From the NCBI GenBank assembly GCA_965112155.1, contig OZ218103.1: 64,000 nt of DNA, one strand, 5' to 3'. The notes under the pieces were generated by a model. That model had not been told where the DNA came from. It worked only from the letters and a program-made list of their open reading frames with translations, and did not search any database. Made by a program: the position numbers and the translations under genes. This stretch comes from Podarcis liolepis. Taxonomy: Eukaryota. This document shows, piece by piece, positions 1 through 11,408 of the stretch. The stretch's first letter is position 1, and every line of letters begins with the position of its first letter.

Positions 1-564
1 AATTTCTGCCTACCATGCAGCGAATGAATGAATGAATGAATGGCGCAGGTGGCAGTGGGGAATTATTTCCTTGAAGGAGACCAACGCATGGGAGATGGAG
101 GGCATATTATATCTGTGGCGAGCAGCGAGTGCCTAAGAGAGGAGGACTGCCCTTTGCCAGAGCGGAGCAGCCCCCGGGGAGCCTGTCTGGCTCATTGTCT
201 TCTCCCTTTTTCCCGCCACAGGTCCCGAGCAAGCCTCGCGCCCCCCTCCGCCGCCCCCTCCTCCTTCCCCCCTCTCTTTGGCGCCTTTTCCTTCCCGCCA
301 CGTCGAGTCTCTTTCCATTCTGACGGAGAGCCGAGGCGCGGGCTGGCGGCTGCGGCGCCGATTGGCCGGCTCGGCGCCGGTGGGCGGAGCTTCGCCGCTG
401 TTGGAGACCTGCCCGCCGGCTCTCCCCGGCTCCGCCCCAGCGCTGCTCCCTCCCACTTTACTACAGGCGGCTGAGGCCGGGGCCGTCGCGCCACACGGGA
501 GGGAGCAGGCTGGCCCGGCACGACCCCGCCCGCAGCTCCCGCCCGTGCCTCGGAGACGCCAACC

Positions 565-582
565 CAGCAGCAGCAGCAGCAG
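565..582 (+). repeat. (CAG)6 repeat in PIM1 5' leader
   Basis: cagcagcagcagcagcag read directly. Confidence 0.9.
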
Positions 583-641
583 CTGCCTCAGAGACGCCGC
601 CGCCGGTCCCGGCCTGCTTGGAACACGCGGACGGGGCGGGA

Positions 642-723
642 ATGTTGCTCTCCAAGATCAACTCCCTGGCCCACCTGTGCTCCGCGCCCGGAGGGGACCT
701 GCACCCGGTCAAGCCCCTGCCAG
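642..723 (+). CDS. PIM1: PIM1 Ser/Thr kinase, coding exon 1
   Basis: ATG at 642, [12 protein letters not shown]... is the PIM1 N-terminus; donor CAG|gtcagc; 82 nt. Confidence 0.96.
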
Positions 724-963
724 GTCAGCCACACCGGAGGGGCAGAGGATGGATTGGGGGGGGGGGTCGGGCGGCCTGCAGGCGCCCCTCACGATCGGTC
801 GGGGTCGTGAGGCGAAGGCGGGGCTGGGGTGGCGGCCAGGGGTTTGTTTTGTTTGGGGAGCGGCTGATGCGGAGAGATCGGGCGGGAGGGAGAGCAGCGT
901 TGCTGAGGAGGCGCAATGGACTGACCTCCCCCCCTCTCCCCATCCCTCGTTTTCTCTCCGTAG

Positions 964-1070
964 GAAAAGAAAAGGAACCCCTGGAGAAGTTGTACCAGGT
1001 GGGCCCGCTGCTCGGCAGTGGCGGCTTCGGCTCGGTCTACTCGGGGACCCGGCTGGCGGATGGAGCTCCG
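964..1070 (+). CDS. PIM1: PIM1 coding exon 2 (Gly-rich loop)
   Basis: acceptor ccgtag|; [27 protein letters not shown]; donor |gtgagt; 107 nt. Confidence 0.97.
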
Positions 1071-1270
1071 GTGAGTGCTTGGCCGCGGGTGGATTGTGCC
1101 CCCATTTGCTCCCCATCGCTCTCCCAATTCGTTTTCCCCTCACCCCAATTTTCTCCAAAAAAATACCCCTTCCATTCATTCCAGCCCCCTTTCCTCCCTC
1201 CCCGCCACCCATGGCATTTCTTTCTACCGGTCCTGTTCGCTCACTCCAATTTTTTTTCCAATCTTTGTAG

Positions 1271-1321
1271 GTGGCGATCAAGCATGTGTCCCGCGACCGG
1301 GTTTCAGAATGGGGGGAATTG
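1271..1321 (+). CDS. PIM1: PIM1 coding exon 3 (VAIK lysine)
   Basis: acceptor ttgtag|; [17 protein letters not shown]; donor |gtaagt; 51 nt. Confidence 0.97.
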
Positions 1322-1475
1322 GTAAGTGTTTGGGCGGAGGAATGCCCCCGTGATGCTCGAGAGAATCTCTTTCAGCTTTCAGTGATCTGCCACAATGCAG
1401 GTCGATTGATTCTCCTATTCATGAATCCTGTTTTCTCTCTCTCCCCCCCCCCCCTCAAAAAAACCCACATTGCAG

Positions 1476-1842
1476 CCTGGTGGAACGAGGGTACCGATGG
1501 AGATCTTGCTCTTGAAGAAGGTTGGCTCTGGCTTTCGGGGCGTAATCCGGCTCCTGGATTGGTTTGAGAGGCCAGACAGTTTTATTTTGGTTTTGGAACG
1601 GCCTGATCCCGTGCAGGATCTCTTTGATTTCATCACGGAGCGGGGTGCTCTGCCCGAAGACTTGGCTCGCAGCTTTTTCCGTCAGGTTTTGGAGGCGGTT
1701 CGACATTGTCACAGCTGTGGGGTTCTGCACCGGGATATCAAGGACGAGAATATCCTGATTGACCTGAGCAGTGGAGAGCTCAAACTTATAGACTTTGGAT
1801 CTGGAGCGCTGCTCAAGGACACAGTGTACACTGACTTTGATG
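1476..1842 (+). CDS. PIM1: PIM1 coding exon 4 (hinge, HRD, DFG)
   Basis: [16 protein letters not shown]...[13 protein letters not shown] (PIM-type hinge Pro)...HRDIKDEN...DFGSG...YTDFD; donor |gtgagt; 367 nt. Confidence 0.97.
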
Positions 1843-3326
1843 GTGAGTCTTGTCAATTTCCATTCACTGCTTCGAGCCAGGGAATTTCCTCTTTGAAACA
1901 CTGTGTTCCCGGGGTTTGAGTGCTTTGCAGCAATGGAACATGTTCTTCCTCTGAGCTGTAGGACTTGTTCTTCTTATGAAATACATTTTATCCTGATTGC
2001 CTATTGCCTACACAGTTTCTGTTGATAGGCGATTTAACTCCAATCAACTGCTAGACTTTGCTAATGGTTTTTTTCTTATGAGCCTGAACCTACTGTCTTA
2101 TTTGTGGTGTGAAAATAGAAAGTGAAGGAACCAGGCAGTAAATATGTTGTAAATCTGAGTGGCTACTAATTCACTTGTGAGGGAGTGCAGAAGTGCAAGG
2201 CTGAATGTAAACATGTTTGCAGGCATACTGTTCAAAACCTTGAATGCTAATCAAAATCTGTAACTAAAGGAAAAATCTTAAAGTACGTGGATTTCTATCT
2301 TTCTAAAACTGATAGATGACTGAAAGGGTTTTGTAGTTTGTCCCTACGAAGAGCAGAGTACAAAAAAGCGGAGGAGGTAGTTACTAAGATCTGCTGCCTC
2401 TGCCACCTCACTAAATTAATCATTTTAAATGGAAAGTTGCTTTTCGTCATGGCATGAATGTTGTGAAATCTAATCTGGAAGAGATCTGTTTACATTCATC
2501 TCACTTTACCTTCCCTGCTAAGAAGCACAAATCAATAATTTGTTTAACAAAATGTGCATGTGGGGGAAAGGAGATTCAAGTATTGAAGATTTGAATAGAA
2601 ATGCGAGCTGCTCACAGACATTGTTTCCAGAAAACAAACCAAGCCTCTAGCCGTTGCTAACGACTCTTTTCATGAGCTGTTGACTTTCAAAAAATCACGG
2701 CTGGCTTTCAGTTTGGTTTGTTTGTGTGTTTTTTTGCCTCTGGGTTCCTGAGTGGCATGAGCTGCCTTGCATTTTTTGTTTTGTTTTTAATTTAACGGTT
2801 AATGACCAGGGGTGGGTTTGCTCCTCCCTCCGTAGCCCTCTTTCTTGCACAATTACTCAAGCTTCTGGTGCCCCCTGGTGGATCATGAGGATTTTTTTTA
2901 CAACCCAAAGTTTGTAAACAAGAGTCACATGTCTGGAAACCAGACTAGCAGCTCTGACCTCAGTATCCTTGCTTCCTGCCAGCAAGGAGGCGGGTGGGGG
3001 AGAGAGATCAGATACTGCAACAAAGGGTGCCAAGAGCTACTGCAGTGGTGCAAGTAAGCTGCATCTCAGCATCACCACATGCAGAACTAAAAGATAAAGC
3101 CACCCCATCATACTGTACATTCAATCTTTGTCAACATCTTAAGCAGCTTGTCTTCAGAAGTCCATGCCTGGTTTTTACTAACTGCATTGTCATAGTTGAA
3201 AACTAGTTCACTTGATGTTCCTGGTCCTTTGATCAGTGTGTCCAAGCGTTGAAAAAAATCAGCTCTGAGGTGATTTGTAGGAATTTTAAACCTCATGATG
3301 AGACCTTCCTCTTCTTTCTCTTCTAG

Positions 3327-3503
3327 GGACTCGTGTATATAGTCCTCCAGAATGGATTCGCTACCACAGGTACCATGGTAGATCTGCTGCCGTCTGGTCG
3401 CTTGGAGTACTGCTCTATGACATGGTCTGTGGTGATATCCCCTTTGAACATGATGAGGAGATCGTAAGAGGTCAAGTTTATTTTCGGCAAAGGATTTCTC
3501 CTG
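3327..3503 (+). CDS. PIM1: PIM1 coding exon 5
   Basis: acceptor ttctag|; [46 protein letters not shown]...; donor |gtaagt; 177 nt. Confidence 0.97.
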
Positions 3504-3974
3504 GTAAGTGTCTGCTGCTCTTATGAGATAGGGGATAACTTAGCGGACAGGGCTCATCCACTCTCTGCTTTGAGGGACAGTACTTGGAAGTATTTCTGAT
3601 GATCCCCAACATCTTTTATATTAGATATTACTGCTATATGCTAAAGCATGCAAGTAGCACTTCAGCTGCTGAGGGGAGGAAACCTAGAATTTGAAATTAA
3701 GTGGTGTGTTACCATCTTAATTGCAGAAGCAAGTGTTCCCAAAACACTGTTATTGGGCTTCCAGTCAGATTTTGAATCATTCCCTTGATGTCAAACTTGA
3801 AGCCAACACACCCTGGTATGAATAGCAAAGCAAACATTAGTTAACCATTGTTTCAGCCATGTAAAACAGTCTTGTTTTATAAGCAGGTTGAGATTTTGTT
3901 GCATCATCAGTGTCCTGTTTTGTAGATTCTCCTCAGCAATGCACCTATTTCAACTTTGTCCTTTCTTTTTGCAG

Positions 3975-4132
3975 AGTGCCAGCATCTTATTAAGTGGTGT
4001 TTAGCTCTGAGACCTTCTGACCGGCCATCCTTTGAAGACATTCTGAACCATTCTTGGATGCAAGAAGTTCTCCTGTCTCAGGAAACAGCTGAGATCCACC
4101 TGCACAGTCTACTGCACGAGTGTAGAAAATAG
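3975..4132 (+). CDS. PIM1: PIM1 coding exon 6 (to TAG stop)
   Basis: acceptor ttgcag|; [30 protein letters not shown]...[14 protein letters not shown]; exon total 942 nt = 313 aa. Confidence 0.96.
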
Positions 4133-4794
4133 CAGTGTGTCTCATCCTTTTGGGGTGCAAAACAGAATTCTGCCCTACTGATTCTGGCTGAGTGGGGATT
4201 TTTACAGGAATACCATCATCTCATTGCAGACACAGGCTGCCTGGAGACATTTCCAAGCCTGAAAAAACCATCTCTCCTGGTTGAGTGGATTTAAACTCTT
4301 TGGGTCCCGCTTTGCAAACCTCCTTGCCACTAGATGACTTGAGCAACTCCATGCGTGTTCATAACCTGCTGAATCCTAGAATATGAAACAAGTGGAGCAG
4401 ACAACTAGAGCATACTCTCAATTGGGGGAATCTGGGATGGGGAAACACCGATTTGGACTGGCCCCTGTCTTCACTGTGTCACCATGTTCTGAGTGCCTTC
4501 AGTTGCAACTGAGCTGTGCTGGGGGAAAGAAAAAACTTGAGCGTTCCTTCCTTGCTGCTGCCTCAAGATTTACCTGGGTTTTGGTTTGTTCCACCTTCTA
4601 AAAGAACTGCTTGAAAAGAGGCTGTGGGTGATCCACTGGCAAACCCTAGCTCTGTGCTGTCCAATATGAACTCTGAGTTGGCTCTTGCCACCTCTCACGT
4701 GAAGGCATCCTCAAGTGCACAAACAATGCAACCCAATTAACTGTAAATTTGTACAGATCAATACAGGAACAAAGCTTGGTGTACAGAAGATTGC

Positions 4795-4890
4795 AGTTTA
4801 TAATGTTTTTACTCCTGTTTTTTTAATTTATTTCTAGGGTTTTTTAATGGAATATCCTAACTTTAGGATCTTATTTATTTTATTTATGAA
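4795..4890 (+). promoter_or_regulatory. AU-rich element in PIM1 3'UTR
   Basis: U-rich tract with ATTTA pentamers, including TTATTTATTTTATTTA at ~4871-4886. Confidence 0.7.
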
Positions 4891-5310
4891 TCATGTGGGT
4901 TCTTAGCCTACACTTCACCGCTACAGCTGCTGACCTGATATCCTGTCACATTGCCCCTCTCCTCCCCTTTCCCAACTTCCTTCCTCCATTGGGTTATTTT
5001 CTGCCTATTCTGCTCTGTTTGATGTCTTGCCACTGTATGGAGTAGCTGACCTGCCACTCAGCCATCTGTAAATAGTTCCAGCTGTGGCTGTTCAGCCTCC
5101 CCGAATGTTTGAGACATGTTTTCACAGGTATTGGTGGGGGGAGGGCATATGTACATAGTACTCTTCTTACTTAAAGTGGAGCGAGATACCCTGGACTTCA
5201 ACATTGTCAAGCTTCTATAAGTAATTTGGTGTGTAGTCTGCTGGTTTTGTTAATAGCTAATACTGTACAGGGAATTCAGAATTGCTATTTTTTTTATACA
5301 TGCAGTTTTA

Positions 5311-5316
5311 AATAAA
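5311..5316 (+). terminator. PIM1 polyadenylation signal AATAAA
   Basis: AATAAA about 1.2 kb after the stop codon, in U-rich context. Confidence 0.75.
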
Positions 5317-7528
5317 AATGAAAACTTGATTTTAATTGGATGTCTGGCTCTTCAATGGGCAGTACTAGACTTTGGATGCGCAGTTTGTTTCATATTCACA
5401 CTGTTACTGCAAAATGTTTAACTCAAATTTTTTGTAGCCCTATTTCCGGCTAGAAAATGTCAGCAGAAAAAAGCCACAGAAGGTTGCATTAACCTGCAAA
5501 TGCTGGGTTAATGGTGCCAATAAACTACTTTGGGTATGGATGTTTCAGTTATATTGCAACATAACTTCTCCAACCTAGAATGTGGATTCTAGTCTTGGGA
5601 GAAGGTGGGGGTAGTTAATGAGTGAGAAGAGAAAGTTGGGGAATGCCTTGCCTATTTAACCCTATATTTTCCTCACTTTCCCATATCTGACTATTTCTGC
5701 TCTGCCACTACAATGGCCAAACCCATTGGACTGTCCCATTTTTGTTACTGCATGCGTGACTGGAGTTTTTCACATGGGTTATGCGTTAGTTACACCAGCA
5801 GTTGGTGTACTATTTAAGTTGCAACCTTAACTCCATTTCGGCTTAGTGAAGTCCCCTGATTTCCAGGGGCCTTACTCCAAGGCAAATATTCACAGGCTTA
5901 TATCCTGAAGGGGGCTTCTGTACCACAGTTACCATTTGTTTTGTGAAGAGGCAAAGCTCATTAAAAAAAAAGCGTGCAGTCTTTTGCTCTCCAAAATATT
6001 GATAGTTTTAGCTGCAATTCTTTTTAATACATTGACTGCAGGAGGTGCAGATACAGGTTCAAATACAGATACTGAGCTTCCAGTGCTTCCTAATTCTCTT
6101 GTGAACACCAAATTGGTTTTCACCAAATCTTACAGTAGGGTAAATGGCCTTTATATACCATATTTCTTCGGAGGCAAACTTTGCAAAATGCAAAGTTATT
6201 TGTGGGCTTTTAAAAAATTCAATTAAATACTTACTGAGAAGTTGCCTTCTGAATAAGAGGGGGTTTTAACCCTCTCCTGGTGCCATTTTTCCAAAAGGAT
6301 GAGCTTGCAGTTTCAGTGGGACAATTTTGGGAAAATGGCACAGGGGAAAAGGGCTACTTACACATAATACCATGGCTCTGAAATAAGCTGCAATCCACTG
6401 CAGTTATGCAGTATTCCACTTCTTAAAATGTCAGAAGATCTGATCATAGAAATCTCACATACCATGTAGGGTGGCCCTTAAATTAGTTCAGCTATCAACA
6501 CCAGCCTGCTTGCCTTCAAACATTTGCCTCCTAAATGCAATTCGTGGAAGCAGGTCCTATGAATTTCAATTAAATTTGCGCTTATGTGTGCCCACCCTTA
6601 TTCCCGTAAGGGTTGGTTGACTGTTACTTATTCTTAGAAAAACTTCCCACAACGGAGACAAAGTGACCAGAAAGTCAAGCTGCACAGAGGCTGATCCAAT
6701 GATAGAAACAAGCCACAGTAGGAAGTTGCTATCTTCCCCCACCCTTTGCTATGTCAGTAAGGGAAATGACATGAGTCTCCTCACTCAGCAAGGATCCCAT
6801 GGAAAATGAAATATGAAAATTACAGCACATTGGGCCCTGCACTGCTTATGTAAGTAAGTACATACACATTATTTTCAAAAGCTGAGGCCCATAGAAGAGC
6901 ATGGAAGAAAGCAGGAGGTTTGAAGTGGATTTAACTTTGTGGGTGGTGAACTATGAAACCTTATTTGACAAGTCAATATACACTTGTGGGAGCAGCACAA
7001 AACATGACATTTGGCTCAAAACTTTGCCACAGGTTTTAGGGGGGAAACCAGATTTGGGAGTTTGTAGTTAACTGAGCTTGTTCAACAAATGGTTGTGGCA
7101 GAATTTTGTTGCCAGTTCACTGAAACTCGGGGTCAAATGTCACATAGGAAATGACCACCACACACTTAATTCTCCATCTTTCGTAAGGTCTGGGATCTTT
7201 GGTGCTGTGACCTGACAGCATTCAGCACATCCTGTCTCCCAGCCACAGACAGCAATGTGGTTGCAGTGTGTGTATGTGTGTAGATGTCAGGGAAACACAG
7301 GACCGTGACACAACCTGAATGTTAAAGTCGGGGAAAGTAGACATGCAGTATCTGCCGTCAGCCACCATCATGCAGTTAATGTACCGCCATATTTGGCTTA
7401 GTGAACATAAGAATCCTACGAGCCACCAGCCACCTTCCATACACCCAACCTGCACTCTGGGTTGCAGAATGCTCATTGTTTTTTAGTCAGAATTGTCTAT
7501 CACAAGCACAAATCACAAGTTTGCATGG

Positions 7529-7704
7529 AAACAAAATAAAAAAATTCCTTCCAGTGGCACCTTAAGAGACCAGCTAAGTTTGTTATAGGTATGAGCTTTC
7601 ATGTACCACTAACAAACTTTGTTGGTCTCTAAGTTGTTACTGGAAGGAATTTTTTAAATTTTGTTTCGACTACGGCAGACCAACATGGCTACCTACCTGT
7701 AACT
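7529..7704. mobile_element. Penelope-like element fragment forming an inverted repeat, flanked by 12-bp TSD
   Basis: ~57-bp arms (7529-7585 / ~7609-7666) are reverse complements; AAGTTTGCATGG duplicated at 7517-7528 and 7705-7716; sequence resembles squamate Penelope termini (from memory). Confidence 0.7.
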
Positions 7705-7976
7705 AAGTTTGCATGGGTTTGTTCACTTATGGAGGTAGGCATACAACACTATAACTATGATGGCATGGACAACCCTGTTGCTATGATTATCAAGCACACC
7801 AGAAAATATGGTGTATGAACTAACCCTGGGGCAGTTGGCCTAAAGTACGAAAGGTTTCCACAACACAAACACTTGACTGACTTACTCATCTTGTCTTCAT
7901 GTGGGCATTCACAGAAACTTCCCAAAATTGTAGTCTTTGCGCTCCAGACTGCAGTGCCTCTATTGCTGTTTACTAC

Positions 7977-8303
7977 CTTCAAATATCTTAAGGGCTGTCA
8001 CATGGAAGAGGGAACATGCTTGTTTTCTCCTGCTCTGGAGGACAGGACTCAAACCAATGGCTTCAAGTTACAAGAAAGGAGATTCCGACTAAACATTTGG
8101 AAAAACTTTCTGACAGTAGGGGCTGTTTGGCAGTGGAACAGACTCCCACGAGAGGTGGTGGTCTCTCCTTGCTTGGAGGTTTTTAAGCAGAGGTTGGATA
8201 GCCATTTGTCATTGATGCTTTAGCTGAGATTCCTGCATCACAGGGGGTTGGACTAGATGACCCTTGGGTCTCTTCCAACTCTAAGCTTCAATGTTTCTAT
8301 TCT
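7977..8303 (+). mobile_element. CR1 LINE 3' fragment
   Basis: FKYLKGCHMEEG...RFRLNIWKNFLTV...WNRLPREVV...FKQRLDSHL = CR1 ORF2 C-terminus, then CR1 3'UTR and ATTCTA-type tail. Confidence 0.9.
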
Positions 8304-10244
8304 ACTTTCTGTGTTGGAGAGAAAAGCTTTGAATAATAATCTGAAGGAGACTTTAACAGGCAGTTATAAGCAGGACTAAGGAGGGGAATTGTCCTCTCAT
8401 TCTTTCTCCATGTATGGCAATCAAGGACCAATGACCATTGCGTTTGCATAGGATGACACAATGAACTTGGTTTCTAATTACTTATATGTAGTTCACATCC
8501 ATATTCAATTCAAATTCAGATTATTTTTGTATCTCTGAATTGAATGAACAAGTTGGAATAAAGCAGCACCCTTTAACACGGCATATAGAACCTTAGCACT
8601 GCTTGCATTTTCTCCCTGGGCATCATTGCATGTGTGTATTAGTTCTAACAACGCATTTTGATGTGGCAGAAGCAACACTTCCTAAACTGCCCCACTGTCA
8701 AATCTAAAAATATGGCTGCTTGCTAGTGTGTGACTTTTAATCATTGGGGGGGGGGGAGAGAATTATGCTCATCCAAAGGCTGGGACATCTCTTCACTGGT
8801 CCAGATAGATGATTCCTGACTCACCTTGTAGCAGTGGGGTGGCTAAGGCAGATGTTGATAGGATGGGATGCTAAAGCCCCTCTCCAACTCTTGAGTGTTC
8901 CTGCCCCTCTTATAAGACTCATGGAGAAATAGCCCCTCTCAGCAAGCATACTGCCAAACACCACCAGATGCAACTGCTATCGCTATGAGATGAATGCACT
9001 TTTTGTTGACAAGCATGTACAGGAAATAGAAGCACCAACATTAGCACCATGCAAGGTGTTTGCTTACTGTTACATAGCAACTGGTGTTAGGAGTCCTGAC
9101 ATTCCCAAGGTGTTTTGTGAGACATACTCCCATATGTATCATTTTGCTAAGGGCAGGTACCTCATGAAAGGATGTTTGATCTCACAGAGTAAGGGAGGGC
9201 CTATGTTCAAAGAAATGCAGTATCTCCTGCTTTGCTTGGGATATTCTTTCAGCAGGGAAGAAATGCATGAGCCCAACACCGACTCCTACTCCTCCCCAGA
9301 TCTGTGTCATTTGAACACTGTTGTGTATCATTTGAACAGGCAAAGAGTTATCTGCAACTCTATACAACAACTAACTCAACTTATTTTCTCAATGAATTGG
9401 GAATGGAGAGTGTTACCCTTTCCCGTCTTTGCTAGTAATCAATCTAGGATGATCAGTGCTGGCTTTATAGAAGAGTGGCAGCTGTATATCCATTAAACAA
9501 ACAAAATTTAAAGAGGACAGGGTCTTAAAATGCATTTCAAACAAGAAAAATAAGTGCTGTATGAGTACTGGGGTCCCACAAGGGCATGAAACAATATATG
9601 AAAATTAATTGCAGGTAATGTTTCCAAAACTACATTTCTCATCAGTCAGCACAGCAACGAGCCTACTATTCTCAAAGCAGCTTCCCAAATAGGCAGTGTG
9701 TCAAATTATATGTGAGAGTTGCATGATTGGACCACCTAATTCTTTAAAAAAAAAAAAATAAATAAATGTAAATGCTGCTGTGGCTTGCTTGTCAGCTTGA
9801 AATAAGCCACAGCGCTGGGGGAGGTGATGTCTAACCCTGTGTCATTTTCCTGATCAAATTCCCTCCTCTGTTGCTATTTCCACTTTCCATAGCTGCTTTT
9901 AAAACAAAACAAAACGAAACGAAACGAAAACTAGACCCATTTTAACTTTTTACATGGAAACAGCACCATCTGCTGGCTTGTTATGGAAGCATAATGTAAC
10001 CAACTTTGGTGCTGTGTGGTGTTTCGCATTATATAGGAAACTTCATAGACAACCATTATAGAGTTACCTTGTGAAGAGAATGCTAGAGACTTGTGTTTTT
10101 ATGTATCTGTTTGCTACAAATTTGTAGGCTGAGCTGGAGTTGGTGGGTGGGAGCAGGCTAGTACCCAGACAGACACAGTTTTAAAACCATCACCCCACAA
10201 TGCAAACAGCATGCATGCATTTGAATTCCTTCATGTTTCTTCTT

Positions 10245-11090
10245 GCCAGCCAGCTGCAGAAAACTACTATTCAGTCTCTAATATTCCCTTCTTGAGCAAG
10301 GTGGCTGACAGGGTGGCCACTGACAGGTGCAGTTATGCTTGGACGAAGCAATTATCTAGATTCATTTCAATCTGGCTTCAGCCTCCTTTTACCACTAAAA
10401 CACCCGGTTCCCCCGACTAATGACAGAATATCAGGAGACAATTGGGACCATAGCCTTGTTGGTTCTCCTCAGTCTCTCAAGACTTTTGACACCATTGACC
10501 ATGGTCTCCTTCTGAACCCAGGGGGATGGAAGTTGCAGGCATTGTATTACAGTGGTTTAACCCCTACCTGCAGAGTCATGACCAGAAAGTAGTACTAGGG
10601 GGGTCCTACAAGGTCCATTTTATGTCCTATGCTATCAGACACCTATCTGAAACATCATCATCATCATTTTATTTGTATGCCGCCTTTCCATAGTTGAAAC
10701 TATGATCAAGGCGGCTTACAACATGACAAGATTTACACAATTAGAAACATAACAGAAGTCATAAACAATAAATAAAACACATCAAAAAGTACACAACCAA
10801 ATGGAAACAATTTCCACATAAATGGTAAGATCTAAAACAAAAGATACAACAATAATATCAATAACAGCAACAGCTCTCTCAACCCCCTGTAAACAATACT
10901 CCAGCCCAAGAATCTGTTCAACGGCTTCAGCTTTTGTAGTTGGAGTCAGTCAGCACTCCACTCTCCCAGGCCAGATGGGAAAGGGCCAGCAAGGCAGGGT
11001 GCAGGTCTTCCAGTTGAGAGCTGTGTTGTCTAGGCATTTGTAGTACGGTGCCATCAGTGTGCAAATGACAGTTGTACCTCTCTGTCTTGT
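10245..11090 (+). mobile_element. Degenerate L2-clade LINE RT fragment split by an insertion (~10654-11009)
   Basis: NYYSVSNIPFLSKV, YLDSFQSGF, FDTIDHGLLL before the break; decayed CHQYADDTQLYLS-like sequence at ~11047-11082 after it. Confidence 0.7.
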
Positions 11091-11366
11091 TTTGATGTAA
11101 AGGAACCTTCCACAACCTGATCATTGGCTGTGCTTGATGGGGCTAAGGCGAGTTGTAGTGCCTCTGGCCTTTGTATAGTGGGCAACATTCAAGTCATGCG
11201 CAATTCAGAGGTTTCTATACCCACTTCTCTCCATCCAGGTAAGTAAGAAGCATTACTGCAGTTCGAGGACACATTCCAGCCAGGTGAGAACACACAAGGA
11301 GTTAATGGAGTAGGGCCAGTGAGGAGTGGGGCCTGGGAAGGGATGTGAGGTAGGCATTGCCAGGGA

Positions 11367-11368
<2 letters not shown>

Positions 11369-11403
<35 letters not shown>
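11369..11403. repeat. (GT)n microsatellite
   Basis: read directly. Confidence 0.95.

Positions 11404-11408
<5 letters not shown>

Larger units (their letters stand above)
230..1330 (+). promoter_or_regulatory. CpG island / TATA-less promoter and 5' end of PIM1
   Basis: Very GC/CpG-rich; inverted CCAAT (ATTGG 361-365), GC boxes (GGGCGGAG ~382, CTCCGCCCC ~430-438); GAS-like TTCCTTGAA just upstream at 67-75. Confidence 0.8.

Noticed and set aside
40-1281. Long overlapping ORFs (e.g. 278-1270, 330 aa; 709-1281 on -)
   Set aside because: Low-complexity Pro/Ala/Gly/Arg frames expected in a CpG island; the spliced PIM1 model explains the region.
4130-4138. PIM1 stop context TAG CAG as a read-through signal
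   Set aside because: Next codon TGT does not fit the UAG-CAR-YYA motif; no other support.
8990-9496. 168-aa + strand ORF and antisense 62-aa ORF as a possible TMEM217B remnant
   Set aside because: No recognisable domain, no four-TM pattern, only superficial similarity.
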